Source: an uncultured Verrucomicrobiae bacterium
GTDB lineage: Bacteria; Verrucomicrobiota; Verrucomicrobiia; Limisphaerales; UBA11358
DNA length: 64,000 nt
Assembly (NCBI GenBank): GCA_963762585.1
Contig: CAVXLF010000023.1
Location: forward strand, 85,035-149,034
Direction of reading: 5' to 3'
The notes below the pieces were generated by a model. The model saw only the letters and a program-made list of their open reading frames with translations, had not been told where the DNA came from and made no database searches. Each line of letters begins with the position of its first letter. Position 1 is the stretch's first letter. This document shows positions 11,570-21,524 of this stretch, piece by piece. The translations under genes and the position numbers were made by a program.

Positions 11570-11829
11570 CGGTAGATTTCCTTGCGGTCACCGACAGCGA
11601 GAATCAGCACCAACAGAACTGTGTCATGAATTTCATAGACGATGCGATAGTTGCCGACGCGGAAGCGGTAGCGATTGCCGAAGCCGGACATTTTTTCCGC
11701 ACCGGGGCGCCGGGGGTTTTCGGCCAGCTTTTCAAAAGCGGCCTCCAGGCGTTGCTGAAGCTGGGCGTCGCGGATTTTCCGCAGGGTTTTCTCGACCGAA
11801 GGACGGATTTCGAGACGGTAACGGCTCAT
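11566..11829 (-). CDS. Type II toxin, RelE/ParE family
   Basis: 87 aa; ...RFRVGNYRIVYEIHDTVLLVLILAVGDRKEIY is the RelE/ParE C-terminal signature; ATGA overlap with upstream small ORF. Confidence 0.8.
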   Translation of the reverse strand: MSRYRLEIRPSVEKTLRKIRDAQLQQRLEAAFEKLAENPRRPGAEKMSGFGNRYRFRVGNYRIVYEIHDTVLLVLILAVGDRKEIYR

Positions 11830-12020
11830 GCCCAGCCGAGTTTTTTGCGGGCTTCATCCCAGGGAATATTTTTGCCCGGCTCCGCCAGCGCACGCTCGGC
11901 GGCAGCATTGTCAATGAGGTCTTCGGCGCGCCGCAAGTTTTCATCTACGAACCGGAAAATTTTCTTCTGCTGCGCCTGCGGCAGCTTCTTGATTTCCGAA
12001 ATGATTTCAGTTGCGCTCAT
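11826..12020 (-). CDS. Putative cognate antitoxin
   Basis: 64 aa, 4-nt overlap with the toxin gene; no family recognised by eye. Confidence 0.55.
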   Translation of the reverse strand: MSATEIISEIKKLPQAQQKKIFRFVDENLRRAEDLIDNAAAERALAEPGKNIPWDEARKKLGWA

Positions 12021-12302
12021 GCCTAAATCTTACGCCTGAATTTGGGCTTTGCCAAAAACAATTTGTTCTGAAACGTGCCTCGAAAGCTCGTTTCAAGATT
12101 GCCAAACTCTGCGAGTTTTTGTGAATGAACACCACTGATTCGCAAACATCTGGCGGCAAAAGGAGACGACGTCGAAGGACTCATTATCACACAACCATCC
12201 GATGGGAGTTTGTGTTATGCCATTGGCAAAGTCTCCAAAGTTAGATTTTGATTTACGAAGTTTCTTTCAGGCTTTGGGTAACCTCTTCACTGTCAGACTG
12301 AT

Positions 12303-13193
<891 letters not shown>

Positions 13194-14366
13194 TCATTTG
13201 GCGCGTTGCTTGAGCCGGGCGGATTCTTCGAGCATGGCGGTGCGGTTGCGTTTGTCCTCGGCGGCGCCGCGCGGAACAACCTGTTCAAAGAGTTCGCGGA
13301 TGAATTTGCCGAGCGTCTCGTTCGTGGGGCCGTAGCCGCTGTGGTAGATGTAATACTCGAGGTCGTACATCAATTCATCGGCGGTGGCGTAGCGGTGCTT
13401 CAGGTCGCGCGCGAGGCAGTGGTGCAGGATGTCATTCAGCCCGTCGTCAATGCGCGAATCGAGCGTGCGGAGATCGGGGATCGGCTGATTGATGATGCGC
13501 TGGCGGGATTCCTCGGGGGTGGCGCCCTTGAAAATATTCCGCCCCAGCAACAGGTGCGAGAGCACGACGCCGGCGGAAAACAGATCGGAGCGTTTGTCGG
13601 TCACCTGAAAATTGGCCTGCTCCGGGCTCATGTAATCGGCCTTGCCCGCCACCACTTCGCCTTCCTGGTCGGTCAAAAATCCGCGCGCCTTGGCGATGCC
13701 GAAATCGGTCAGTTTCACGTCGCCCTCAAACGCAATCATGATGTTTTTAAAGCTCACGTCGCGGTGAACAATGCCAAGCGGCTTGCCGTCCTTGTCGGTT
13801 TTGGTATGGGCGTAAGCCAGCCCGCGCGCGACGCGGCTGGTGATGAACACGGCGAGTTCCTTGGGCAGCACGCGCTTTTTTTCGGTCAGTTGACGGGTGA
13901 ATTGTTCCAGGTTCACGCCCCGGATCAATTCCATGCAAATGAAACAGGCGCCGTTGGCCTCGCCCAGATGATAGGTCTGGACGATGTTCGTATGGATCAA
14001 ATCGGCGACCAGCTTGGCCTCACCGATGAAGTTCTCAATGAACATCTTCTGACTGGCGAAACTGGGCCGGATGATCTTGATGGCCACGCGCTTGACGAAG
14101 TTGCGCGCCCCGTGCTGGTCGGCCTCATAAACCACGCCCATGCCGCCTTCGAAAATTTTGCGGACCACGTCGTAGCTGAAATCGCTTTGGATCGTGAACA
14201 GTGCCACGAGGCGGATGTTGGGAAAACCTTTCCCGAAGTCAAGCCCCGGTGCAGGGTAAAAAACCGTGATTTTTTTATGTTTTTTGCTTGCAGGCCGCGC
14301 GTGAAGGTTTTTAATTCGACGCGAGTCAAATGACTTTTTAACGAAACCAGACAACACAAACAACAA
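13194..14366 (-). CDS. Ser/Thr protein kinase (start uncertain)
   Basis: GGMGVVYEA, VAIKII, HRDVSFKNIM, DFGIAKA, YMSPEQ motifs. 14366 is a TTG only 18 nt from divergent hup, so the true start is probably downstream (e.g. GTG 14207). Stop abuts aguB ATG. Confidence 0.8.
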   Translation of the reverse strand: MLFVLSGFVKKSFDSRRIKNLHARPASKKHKKITVFYPAPGLDFGKGFPNIRLVALFTIQSDFSYDVVRKIFEGGMGVVYEADQHGARNFVKRVAIKIIRPSFASQKMFIENFIGEAKLVADLIHTNIVQTYHLGEANGACFICMELIRGVNLEQFTRQLTEKKRVLPKELAVFITSRVARGLAYAHTKTDKDGKPLGIVHRDVSFKNIMIAFEGDVKLTDFGIAKARGFLTDQEGEVVAGKADYMSPEQANFQVTDKRSDLFSAGVVLSHLLLGRNIFKGATPEESRQRIINQPIPDLRTLDSRIDDGLNDILHHCLARDLKHRYATADELMYDLEYYIYHSGYGPTNETLGKFIRELFEQVVPRGAAEDKRNRTAMLEESARLKQRAK

Positions 14367-14384
14367 CCGAAGGACACCGACGAT

Positions 14385-14672
14385 ATGTCAAAAGCTATCT
14401 CAAAATCCCAACTCGCCGCCGCCATTGCCGAAAAAGCTGCGCTTTCCAAGAAGCAAGCGGTGGAAATTCTCGATCACATTGCCGAACTCGCCTACAAGCA
14501 CGCGAAGGACACCTTCACGCTGCCCGGCATCGGCAAGCTGGTGCTGCGCAACCGCGCCGCCCGCCTCGGCCGCAACCCCAAGACCGGCGAAACCATCCAG
14601 ATTCCGGCCAAGCGCGTCGTGAAGTTCCGCGTCGCCAAGGCCGCGAAGGACGCCATCCTCGGCGCCAAGTAA
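14385..14672 (+). CDS. hup: HU/IHF-family nucleoid protein
   Basis: 95 aa; LPGIGKLVLRNRAARLGRNPKTGETIQIPAKRVVKFRVAK is the HU beta-arm signature. Confidence 0.9.
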   Translation: MSKAISKSQLAAAIAEKAALSKKQAVEILDHIAELAYKHAKDTFTLPGIGKLVLRNRAARLGRNPKTGETIQIPAKRVVKFRVAKAAKDAILGAK

Positions 14673-14688
14673 TTTGTTTCCTTTCCCG

Positions 14689-14726
14689 AAGGCGCTTCGA
14701 TTCGTCGAAGCGCCTTTTTTGTTTTT
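14689..14726 (+). terminator. Rho-independent terminator after hup
   Basis: GGCGCTTCGA-TTCG-TCGAAGCGCC perfect 10-bp stem (14691-14714) followed by TTTTTTGTTTTT. Confidence 0.8.
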
Positions 14727-14761
14727 ATCGACGCAACCTGAGGTTAACATGGATCGAATTT

Positions 14762-16108
14762 ATGAAACCCCGCGTTCGCTTTGCCCCGTCGCCGACCGGT
14801 TACCTGCACATCGGCGGCGCGCGCACGGCCGTGTTCAACTGGCTCTATGCCCGCCACACCGGCGGCACGTTCCTGCTTCGCATCGAGGACACCGACGCCG
14901 CGCGCAACTCGCAGGAGGCCGTGGACGTCATCCTGAACGGCCTGCGCTGGCTCGGCCTGGATTGGGACGAAGGCCCGCTCACCGGCGATGCCACCGGCCC
15001 CAGCAAGGGCGATCGCGGCCCGTATTTTCAAAGTCAGCGGAAGGAAAATTACCAGCGCCGCGTCGAGGCGCTCTTGTCGCGCGGCCTGGCGTATGAACAC
15101 GAAGGCGCGGTCAAATTCAAAATGCAACGCGAACCGGTCACCATCCACGACCTCGTGGTCGGCGAGGTCGTTCGCAAACTGACCGACCGCGAGGAGCAGG
15201 ACCCGGACTTCGTGATTCTGCGCTCGGACGGCCAGCCGGTGTTTCACCTGACGAACGTGGTGGACGATTTGGAGATGGGCATCACCCATGTCATTCGGGG
15301 CGAGGACCATTTGAGCAACACCGCCCGGCACCTGGCGCTGTTTCGCGCGTTCGATGTGCCGCCGCCGCATTACGCGCACATTCCGCTGATTCTAAATGCC
15401 GACGGCACGAAGATGAGCAAGCGCGACACCGGCGCGTCGTTGACGAATTATCTTGATGAGGGATTTTTGCCGGAAGCCGTCGTGAATTACCTGTGCCTGC
15501 TGGGCTGGTCGCCGAAGGGCAACCGCGAAAAAATGTCCCGGTCCGAAATCGTCGAAGCCTTCGATCTGCCGCAAATCCTCCGGCACAACGCGCGGTTCGA
15601 CCACGAAAAGCTCCTCTGGTTGCAGGGCGAATACGCGCGTGAGTTAAATGACGACCGTTTTTACGAACTGGCCGTCCATGCCTTTGCCAAGGCTGGCATT
15701 GACACGAACAAATTCCCGCTCGCCTACGTCAAAGCCGCCCTCGATACGTGCAAGGGTAAATTCAAACTCTTCAGTGAGCTGCCCGGATACGCCGGTTTTT
15801 ACTTCGCCGATCAGATTGAATACGACGCCGAGGCCGCGAAGAAGGATTTTGTGCCAGAGAACAGGCCGCGACTGGAAAAGCTCCGGGACGCCTTTGCCGC
15901 AGCGCCCGCGTTTAACGCCGCGGCGCTTGAAACTGCGCTCAAGGAAACCGCCAAAGTGCTGGGCGTGAAGGCTGGTGTGCTGGTGCATCCCTGCCGGCTC
16001 GCTGTTACCGGCAAAACCTCCGGCCCCAGCCTGTATCATCTGCTTGAAGTACTGGGTAAAGAAAAAGTAATGGCGCGGATTGAACGGGCGTTGGCACGAT
16101 TTAACTAA
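14762..16108 (+). CDS. gltX: Glutamyl-tRNA synthetase
   Basis: 448 aa; RFAPSPTGYLHIGGART (HIGH), KMSKRD (KMSKS), full-length with anticodon-binding domain. Confidence 0.95.
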   Translation: MKPRVRFAPSPTGYLHIGGARTAVFNWLYARHTGGTFLLRIEDTDAARNSQEAVDVILNGLRWLGLDWDEGPLTGDATGPSKGDRGPYFQSQRKENYQRRVEALLSRGLAYEHEGAVKFKMQREPVTIHDLVVGEVVRKLTDREEQDPDFVILRSDGQPVFHLTNVVDDLEMGITHVIRGEDHLSNTARHLALFRAFDVPPPHYAHIPLILNADGTKMSKRDTGASLTNYLDEGFLPEAVVNYLCLLGWSPKGNREKMSRSEIVEAFDLPQILRHNARFDHEKLLWLQGEYARELNDDRFYELAVHAFAKAGIDTNKFPLAYVKAALDTCKGKFKLFSELPGYAGFYFADQIEYDAEAAKKDFVPENRPRLEKLRDAFAAAPAFNAAALETALKETAKVLGVKAGVLVHPCRLAVTGKTSGPSLYHLLEVLGKEKVMARIERALARFN

Positions 16109-16199
16109 CGTTGTTGCGCTTTGTCCGAACCATCATCGAGAAGCCCACCACGGCGCAGACAAAATCGAAATGCGCAGGAAGTTTTTGACTCGTCTCGCT

Positions 16200-16441
16200 G
16201 GCTGAATCCGAGGAATCCCAACGGGATTCCATCATTCAGCCCAGGGTTGGCGCGCAGCGACTACCCTGGGTTAAACGCACCCAAAACCATCAACCCCAAC
16301 GGGGTTGCATCAATATTCACCCAAACGAATTCAACCCCGTCGGGGTTGTGTTTCATTTTTGATCCGTTACCCGGCGTAGGCCGATTTCTTCGGCCAACGC
16401 CGGGCTGAATGATGCAGCCCCTTTGGGGCTGAACCCTCAGC
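16200..16441. repeat. Cluster of six short GC-stem / 3-4-nt-loop hairpins, two nested in GGCTGA(AT)...(AT)TCAGCC outer stems
   Basis: GGAATCCC-AAC-GGGATTCC (16212-16230); CCCAGGGT...ACCCTGGG (16240-16270); CAACCCC-AAC-GGGGTTG (16291-16307); CAACCCC-GTC-GGGGTTG (16332-16348); GGCCGA-TTTCT-TCGGCC (16379-16395); CAGCCCC-TTT-GGGGCTG (16415-16431). Confidence 0.7.
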
Positions 16442-16541
16442 CAATCCGGTCGCACGACATTCCAAAACGCGGCGAATGATTCTCCCTCTCCTTGGGGAGA
16501 GGGCCGTGGCGAGGGAGGTCGTTATCACAAATTATTTTCCC

Positions 16542-16565
16542 AATCTGTGTTTCATCTGTGGCTAA
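16542..16565. repeat. ATCTGTG-type short tandem repeat
   Basis: AATCTGTGTTTCATCTGTGGCTAA; same core as 45448-45477. Confidence 0.6.
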
Positions 16566-16659
16566 TAAATCCTCCGCGGCCTTCGCGCGACATTTTACGA
16601 AAACCCGTCAATTCACAGGGTTGCGCGGCCGCCGGTTTTTATTAAGCTTACCGAAACTC

Positions 16660-17490
16660 ATGCCGCCCAAGACACGACGCGCACCCTCTTCCGAGGCACC
16701 AACCACCCTGTGGCTTCACTGGCTGCTGACCGTTCTGTGCGCCGCCGCTTTTGGACTCGTGGTGGTGATGCTGTTCAAACCCTTGAACCTTCCCGGCACG
16801 GCCGGCTGGCCGGAGGCATTGCTGCTGGTATCGGCGGTGGCCTGTAGCGTCACCGCGCTGGCGCGGCGGCTGCCGTTGCAAAATGTCCTGCTGGCAGTGT
16901 TCGTCATCGCCGTCCTGGGCGGCGCGGTGCATGCCTTGGGCGTCATCACCGGGATTCCTTTTGGCCCGTTCACCTTCGGGGAGAGCATCGGGTCGGAAAT
17001 TTTCAAAACGCTGCCGTGGGCCGTGCCGTTGATCTGGGTGCTGGCGGTTCTGAGTTCGCGCGGCGTGGCGCGGCTTATCCTGCGCCCGTGGCGAAAGATT
17101 GGCGCCTATGGCTTCTGGCTCATGGGGGTGACGGCGGTGCTGACGCTGCTCTTTGATTTCGCCCTGGAACCATTCGCGTCGCGGGTAAGTCACTACTGGC
17201 TGTGGACGCCGACGAAATTCCCGTTGACGTGGCAGGGCGTGCCTGTGTCGAATTTTTTAGGCTGGGCGGCGATGGCTGCGCTGATGGCAGTGGTGATTGC
17301 GCCCGCCTTGATCAACAAACAGCCGGGCAAGAGAAATTCGCCGGATTTCCATCCCTTCGCCATCTGGCTTGGAGCCATTTTGCTGTTCGGAACCGGCTGT
17401 GCGCAGCACGGACTTTTATCCGCGGCGGTGGCGGACGGAATTCTGGCGGCCCTCGTCACCATCTTCGCCATTCGCGGTGGAACCTGGTGA
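16660..17490 (+). CDS. Polytopic membrane protein, possibly DUF422/carotenoid-biosynthesis-protein family
   Basis: ATG 16660 (MPPKTRR); ~7 hydrophobic helices; GIPFGPFTFG...LPWAVPLIWV recalls the DUF422 motif (from memory, unverified). Confidence 0.45.
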   Translation: MPPKTRRAPSSEAPTTLWLHWLLTVLCAAAFGLVVVMLFKPLNLPGTAGWPEALLLVSAVACSVTALARRLPLQNVLLAVFVIAVLGGAVHALGVITGIPFGPFTFGESIGSEIFKTLPWAVPLIWVLAVLSSRGVARLILRPWRKIGAYGFWLMGVTAVLTLLFDFALEPFASRVSHYWLWTPTKFPLTWQGVPVSNFLGWAAMAALMAVVIAPALINKQPGKRNSPDFHPFAIWLGAILLFGTGCAQHGLLSAAVADGILAALVTIFAIRGGTW

Positions 17491-18834
17491 TTACGGCCCC
17501 GTTCCCGGTCGCTTCAGGAACTCGGTTTCAGCGGTGTGTTTGGTGATTTTCAAGCGCATCACGCGCGGGCCATCCATCTCCTCCACCCGCAACTCATGGG
17601 AACCGACCCTTACGATGTCGCCGGTTTTGGGAAAGCCGCTGAGTTTTCGTGTCATCCAGCCGCTGGCGGTGGCGATGCCTTCCTCGTGCGGTGTTTCCCC
17701 GATGATTTTCTCCAGGCCATGCAACGGCAGCGTGCCGGCGGCTTCCCAGACATTCTCATTCACGCGCACCAGCTCCGGTTTTTCCTGGTCGAATTCGTCC
17801 TGAATCTGGCCGACCAGTTCTTCGAGCACATTTTCCAGCGTGGCGATGCCCACGGTGCCGCCGTATTCATCCACCACCACGGCAACGTGCAGCTTCCGTT
17901 CGAGGAACAACTGCAGCAGTTTTTCCAGCCGCCCGGTTTCGGGCACGTAAACCAGCTTGCGCGCCAGGGGCAACAAATCCGCCGCCGTCCGCGCCTGACC
18001 CCGTGAGGCGGGATAAAGGTCCTTGATGTGCACCACGCCACGTGTCCGGTCCAGGTCGCCGTTGTCGCAGAGCGGGAAGCGCGAATAACGGGTTTCTTCC
18101 GCCAGGGCGAGGCATTCGGCCAGCGACGCGGCCGTGTTGAACGCGGTGATTTCGTGGCGCGGCCGCATGACTTCACGCACGACGCGGTGGCGGAGGTCCA
18201 GCGCATTCAGGATGAGATTGCGGCCGCCCACGGCGCTCCGGGTCGAGGCGAGCACCAGGCGCAATTCCTCCTCCGAAGGCGCGCTGCGAAGTTCTTCCGC
18301 CGAAAACCCCAGGCGCCGCACCACAAACTGGGACGAGCGGTGCAGCAGCCAGATGAACGGGTAGGACAAACGATAAAACCAGTTCAACGGCGCGGCGACC
18401 CACAAGGACGTCTGCAGCGTGCGCCGGATGGCAATCGCCTTGGGCACCAATTCACCGGCCACAATCAGCAGATAACAGTTCACGAAGAAACCCACGCCGA
18501 TGGCGATGCCGCGCTGGGCGTCCAGGGAAGTGATGTTGAGCAGGCCAAAAAGCGGGTTCAGCAGGTCCCGGAAGACCGGCTCAATCACCACACCCAGGGC
18601 CATGCTGGCGAGCGTGATGCCGAATTGGGTGGTGCTGATGTAGGTGTCAATGCGCGAGAGGATGTGTCGCGCCATTTTAGCGCGGCGATTGCCCTTGGCC
18701 GCCAGCGCCGCCAGTTGCGTGTCCCGGATGCGGACCAGGGCCAGTTCCGCCGCGACGAAAAAGGCATTCAGCAGGACGAGCAGGACCACCGCGAGCAGGT
18801 TCGCCCCGTTGTGAATGATTTTATCCCAGTTCAC
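17491..18834 (-). CDS. CNNM/CorC-HlyC family transporter (DUF21-CBS pair-CorC_HlyC), paralog 3
   Basis: GTG 18834 overlaps upstream stop (GTGA). LLNAFFVAAELALV (DUF21), CBS pair, C-terminal CorC domain (WEAAGTLPLHGL...RVEEMDGPRV). The 652-aa track ORF N-terminus is Arg/Gly-rich nonsense. Confidence 0.85.
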   Translation of the reverse strand: MNWDKIIHNGANLLAVVLLVLLNAFFVAAELALVRIRDTQLAALAAKGNRRAKMARHILSRIDTYISTTQFGITLASMALGVVIEPVFRDLLNPLFGLLNITSLDAQRGIAIGVGFFVNCYLLIVAGELVPKAIAIRRTLQTSLWVAAPLNWFYRLSYPFIWLLHRSSQFVVRRLGFSAEELRSAPSEEELRLVLASTRSAVGGRNLILNALDLRHRVVREVMRPRHEITAFNTAASLAECLALAEETRYSRFPLCDNGDLDRTRGVVHIKDLYPASRGQARTAADLLPLARKLVYVPETGRLEKLLQLFLERKLHVAVVVDEYGGTVGIATLENVLEELVGQIQDEFDQEKPELVRVNENVWEAAGTLPLHGLEKIIGETPHEEGIATASGWMTRKLSGFPKTGDIVRVGSHELRVEEMDGPRVMRLKITKHTAETEFLKRPGTGP

Positions 18835-19820
18835 AATTTCACCTCGCCAAACATGACTTTGAGCATGTCTTCCAGCGTCACCACGCCCGCTTCGCGGCGG
18901 TCGCGTCCCAGCACAATGGCCAGCCGTTCGCCGGCACGCTGCATCCGCCGCAGGGCCACCTCCAGGCGCGCCCCTTCGTCGATAAACAGCGCCGGCGTCA
19001 TCAGGGCGCTGGCGGGTTTTTGCAAATCCAGATCGTCGCGGAACAGCAGCGGACCCAGCGTCAGCAAGCCCGCGATGCGGCGCTGGCTGTCGCGCATTTC
19101 CCAGACCGGCAGGCGCGAAAAATTGCGGGAGCGCGCGAGCGTCAGGGCGGCGCTGATGGTCGTTTGCGTTTCGACCGTCACCACCTGCGCCAGAGGCGTG
19201 GCAATCTGCCGGACGGTGAGGTTTTGCAAATCGAGCACGCGATTGATCATGGCGCGTTCGCCGGTGGTGAACGCCTGCGCGGATTCCTGCATCACCGCGC
19301 GCATTTCCTCGCGGTTGCCGAAGGGGCGGCCGGTGAAAGCGTGTCCGCCCATCCACCGCAGCGTGCCCGCCGCCGAGGTTTCCACCAGCGCCACCAGCGG
19401 ACGCAGGGCGAAATGGACCGGCCGGAAGACCCTTGCCGCCGAGAGGCACAATTGGTTCGGATACGCGCGGAACAGCATTTTGGGCAACAGATCGAACAGC
19501 GCATAAAACAGGAAGACAATCCCGATGAAAATGCCGGTGATCAACACGTAACGTCCGGGAAACTGATTGTGCAGGCTGGCGACGACCCAGCCGAGGATGA
19601 TGAAATTGGCGAGGGTGTTGCCGACGAGAATCGTCCAGAGAAAATTTTCCGGGTGTTCGAGAAAGTCATGGAGCAATTTGGCCGAGGGCCGGCCCGCGCG
19701 CGCCAGTTGCCGCACGCGCAACCGGTTCAGCGCAAACACGCCCGCCTCCATGCCCGAGAGCAGAAATGACAAGGCCAGGCATGCCGTCAGAAAGAGCCAG
19801 GTTAGCACGTGGGTTTCCAT
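18831..19820 (-). CDS. CNNM family protein (DUF21 + CBS pair, no CorC_HlyC tail), paralog 2
   Basis: 329 aa; FLLSGMEAGVFAL, GNTLANF, CBS-like region; ends right after the CBS pair. Confidence 0.8.
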   Translation of the reverse strand: METHVLTWLFLTACLALSFLLSGMEAGVFALNRLRVRQLARAGRPSAKLLHDFLEHPENFLWTILVGNTLANFIILGWVVASLHNQFPGRYVLITGIFIGIVFLFYALFDLLPKMLFRAYPNQLCLSAARVFRPVHFALRPLVALVETSAAGTLRWMGGHAFTGRPFGNREEMRAVMQESAQAFTTGERAMINRVLDLQNLTVRQIATPLAQVVTVETQTTISAALTLARSRNFSRLPVWEMRDSQRRIAGLLTLGPLLFRDDLDLQKPASALMTPALFIDEGARLEVALRRMQRAGERLAIVLGRDRREAGVVTLEDMLKVMFGEVKL

Positions 19821-19822
19821 TT

Positions 19823-21058
19823 TTATTTCACCGCCTCCACCAGCAATTCCCGGACGCGCCGTTCGTCGGCCACCTGAGCCGTCAATTTCAAGCCGTTGAA
19901 CAATGCAGATTCGCCGGCGACGGGCACCACGCCCAGTAAATGCGCCAGCAAGCCGCCCATCGTTTCGACCTCGGCCACGTTGGCGAGCGTGGGAAATTCG
20001 CGGCGGAAATCGTCCAGCCGCATGGTGCCGTTCACGCGCCAGCGGCCCGGGGTCAGTTTCTCCATCACAAAACCCTCCGGCTGACGTGCCTCAGCGCGGA
20101 TTTTGCCGACGAGCAGTCCCAAAATGTCTTCCATGGTCACAATGCCGGCCGTGCCGCCGAATTCATCCAGCACGACCGCCATGCCGCGCTGCTGCTTTTG
20201 CAGGCTTTGAAACAACTGCAGCAGATTCATCGTCTCCGGCACAAACGACGGAAAATCAATCGCGTCGGCCAGGTCAATCCTGGGATCGAGCAGCAACGCG
20301 CGCGTGTTTAAAACGCCGACGATGGTGTCCGGTGTTTCGTCGTAAATCGGCAGGCGCCGATGCTTGAATTTTTTTGCCGCGGCAACCATTTCCTCGACCG
20401 TCGCGTCGTCCGAAATGCACGCCAGGCCGGCGCGCGGGCGCATCACGTCGCGCACCATGCGCTGGTCGAGGCTGACGATTTGCAGGATGATCTCCTTTTC
20501 CGTTTCGGCCAGCGTGCCCTGCTGGTAGGCCATTTCGAGCAGTTCGTGATATTCGCCGTCGGTGAGCGCGGCGGGCGGCCGGATCAATTGCGGCGCGGCC
20601 AGTTTCAGAATCGCCTCGTTCAATTTCTGCGCCACGTAACGCAACGGCGTGGTAAGCCTTTGAAACCACAACAGCGGCCAGCCGACCCACCGCGCCCAGT
20701 ATTCCGGCTGGCGCACGGCCAGGGTTTTTGGAAAAACCTCGCAGCCGATGAGGGTCAGCGCCAGCAGCACGGCCACCGTCCACACGAACGGCCACCGGCC
20801 GTCAAACACGAGCTGCAGCGCCACCGCGAGCATCGCGGCGTTGGCAAAGGTGTTGCCGAGCGCCATGGTCGCCAGCAAATCCTGCGGCTGTTCGAGCAGC
20901 CGGGCCACGACCGCGCCCGCGCGGGGATGGTGTTCGGCCAGCTGGCGGGCCTGCCATTTGCTGAGGGAAAGCAACGCCGCCTCGGCCAGCGCGAAAAAGA
21001 AACTCGCGCCGGCAGAAATCAAAATCAACGCCACTGCCGTCACCATCGCCGGCTCCAT
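19823..21058 (-). CDS. CNNM/CorC-HlyC family transporter, paralog 1
   Basis: 411 aa; FFALAEAALLSL, LGNTFANA, CBS pair, C-terminal WRVNGTMRLDDF...LKLTAQVADERRV CorC domain; 2-nt gap to paralog 2. Confidence 0.85.
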   Translation of the reverse strand: MEPAMVTAVALILISAGASFFFALAEAALLSLSKWQARQLAEHHPRAGAVVARLLEQPQDLLATMALGNTFANAAMLAVALQLVFDGRWPFVWTVAVLLALTLIGCEVFPKTLAVRQPEYWARWVGWPLLWFQRLTTPLRYVAQKLNEAILKLAAPQLIRPPAALTDGEYHELLEMAYQQGTLAETEKEIILQIVSLDQRMVRDVMRPRAGLACISDDATVEEMVAAAKKFKHRRLPIYDETPDTIVGVLNTRALLLDPRIDLADAIDFPSFVPETMNLLQLFQSLQKQQRGMAVVLDEFGGTAGIVTMEDILGLLVGKIRAEARQPEGFVMEKLTPGRWRVNGTMRLDDFRREFPTLANVAEVETMGGLLAHLLGVVPVAGESALFNGLKLTAQVADERRVRELLVEAVK

Positions 21059-21079
21059 GCGGACAGCCTAAATAAAAAA

Positions 21080-21107
21080 ACCAAAATCCAAAGCCCAAAG
21101 TCCAATG
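21080..21107. repeat. Tandem heptamer array CCAAA(A/G)N x4
   Basis: CCAAAAT CCAAAGC CCAAAGT CCAATGG, between acpS stop and CNNM-1 start. Confidence 0.7.
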
Positions 21108-21142
21108 GCGATTTAAATCCTTCGGCGGGGAGGTGGGATTCG

Positions 21143-21520
21143 TCAACCTGCCAACACCGCCGTGGCCGCCGCGTAGTTTTGGGTGTGGCTCAGGCTGATG
21201 AACAATTGTTTCGCGCGGCGTGACGCGAACAATGTCTCTCCCTTGCCGTGCAGCACCACGAACGGTTCGCCGGATTCCTTGCGCCGGATTTCCATGTCCT
21301 GCCAGCCCAGGGCTGCGCCGATGCCGGTGCCGAACGCCTTGGAAATCGCCTCCTTGGCCGCGAACCGTGCCGCGATGAACGGCGCCGGGTTTTTGTGCGA
21401 TTGGCAGTAGGCAATTTCATCCGGCAGCAAAATCCGGCTCACAAACCGCTCGCCGAACTTTTCGTAGGATGCGCCGATGCGCGTCACCTCGATGATGTCT
21501 ATGCCCGTGCCCAAAATCAT
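21143..21520 (-). CDS. acpS: Holo-ACP synthase (4'-phosphopantetheinyl transferase)
   Basis: 125 aa; GTGIDIIEV..., RFAAKEAISKAFGTG, ISLSHT motifs. Confidence 0.9.
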   Translation of the reverse strand: MILGTGIDIIEVTRIGASYEKFGERFVSRILLPDEIAYCQSHKNPAPFIAARFAAKEAISKAFGTGIGAALGWQDMEIRRKESGEPFVVLHGKGETLFASRRAKQLFISLSHTQNYAAATAVLAG

Positions 21521-21524
21521 TTAT

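Noticed and set aside
16121-16455. Track ORFs 16121-16408 (+) and 16261-16455 (-) as small proteins.
   Set aside because: They are translations of the hairpin-repeat cluster on both strands, so the periodic Pro/Gly/Asn peptides are repeat artefacts.
18835-19449. N-terminal extensions of track ORFs: 17491-19449 (652 aa), 33669-36488 (gyrA), 37130-39778 (gyrB), 39540-42224 (recQ), 41992-45234 (gcvP), 6311-6595 (atpE).
   Set aside because: The extensions overlap upstream genes or read as nonsense. Conserved N-termini begin at internal ATG/GTG codons, so the coordinates were trimmed.
21059-21142. Mg2+ (M-box) or other metal riboswitch upstream of the CNNM/CorC genes.
   Set aside because: Only 84 nt are available and they are largely occupied by a heptamer array. 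That is too short, and I saw no recognisable M-box elements.
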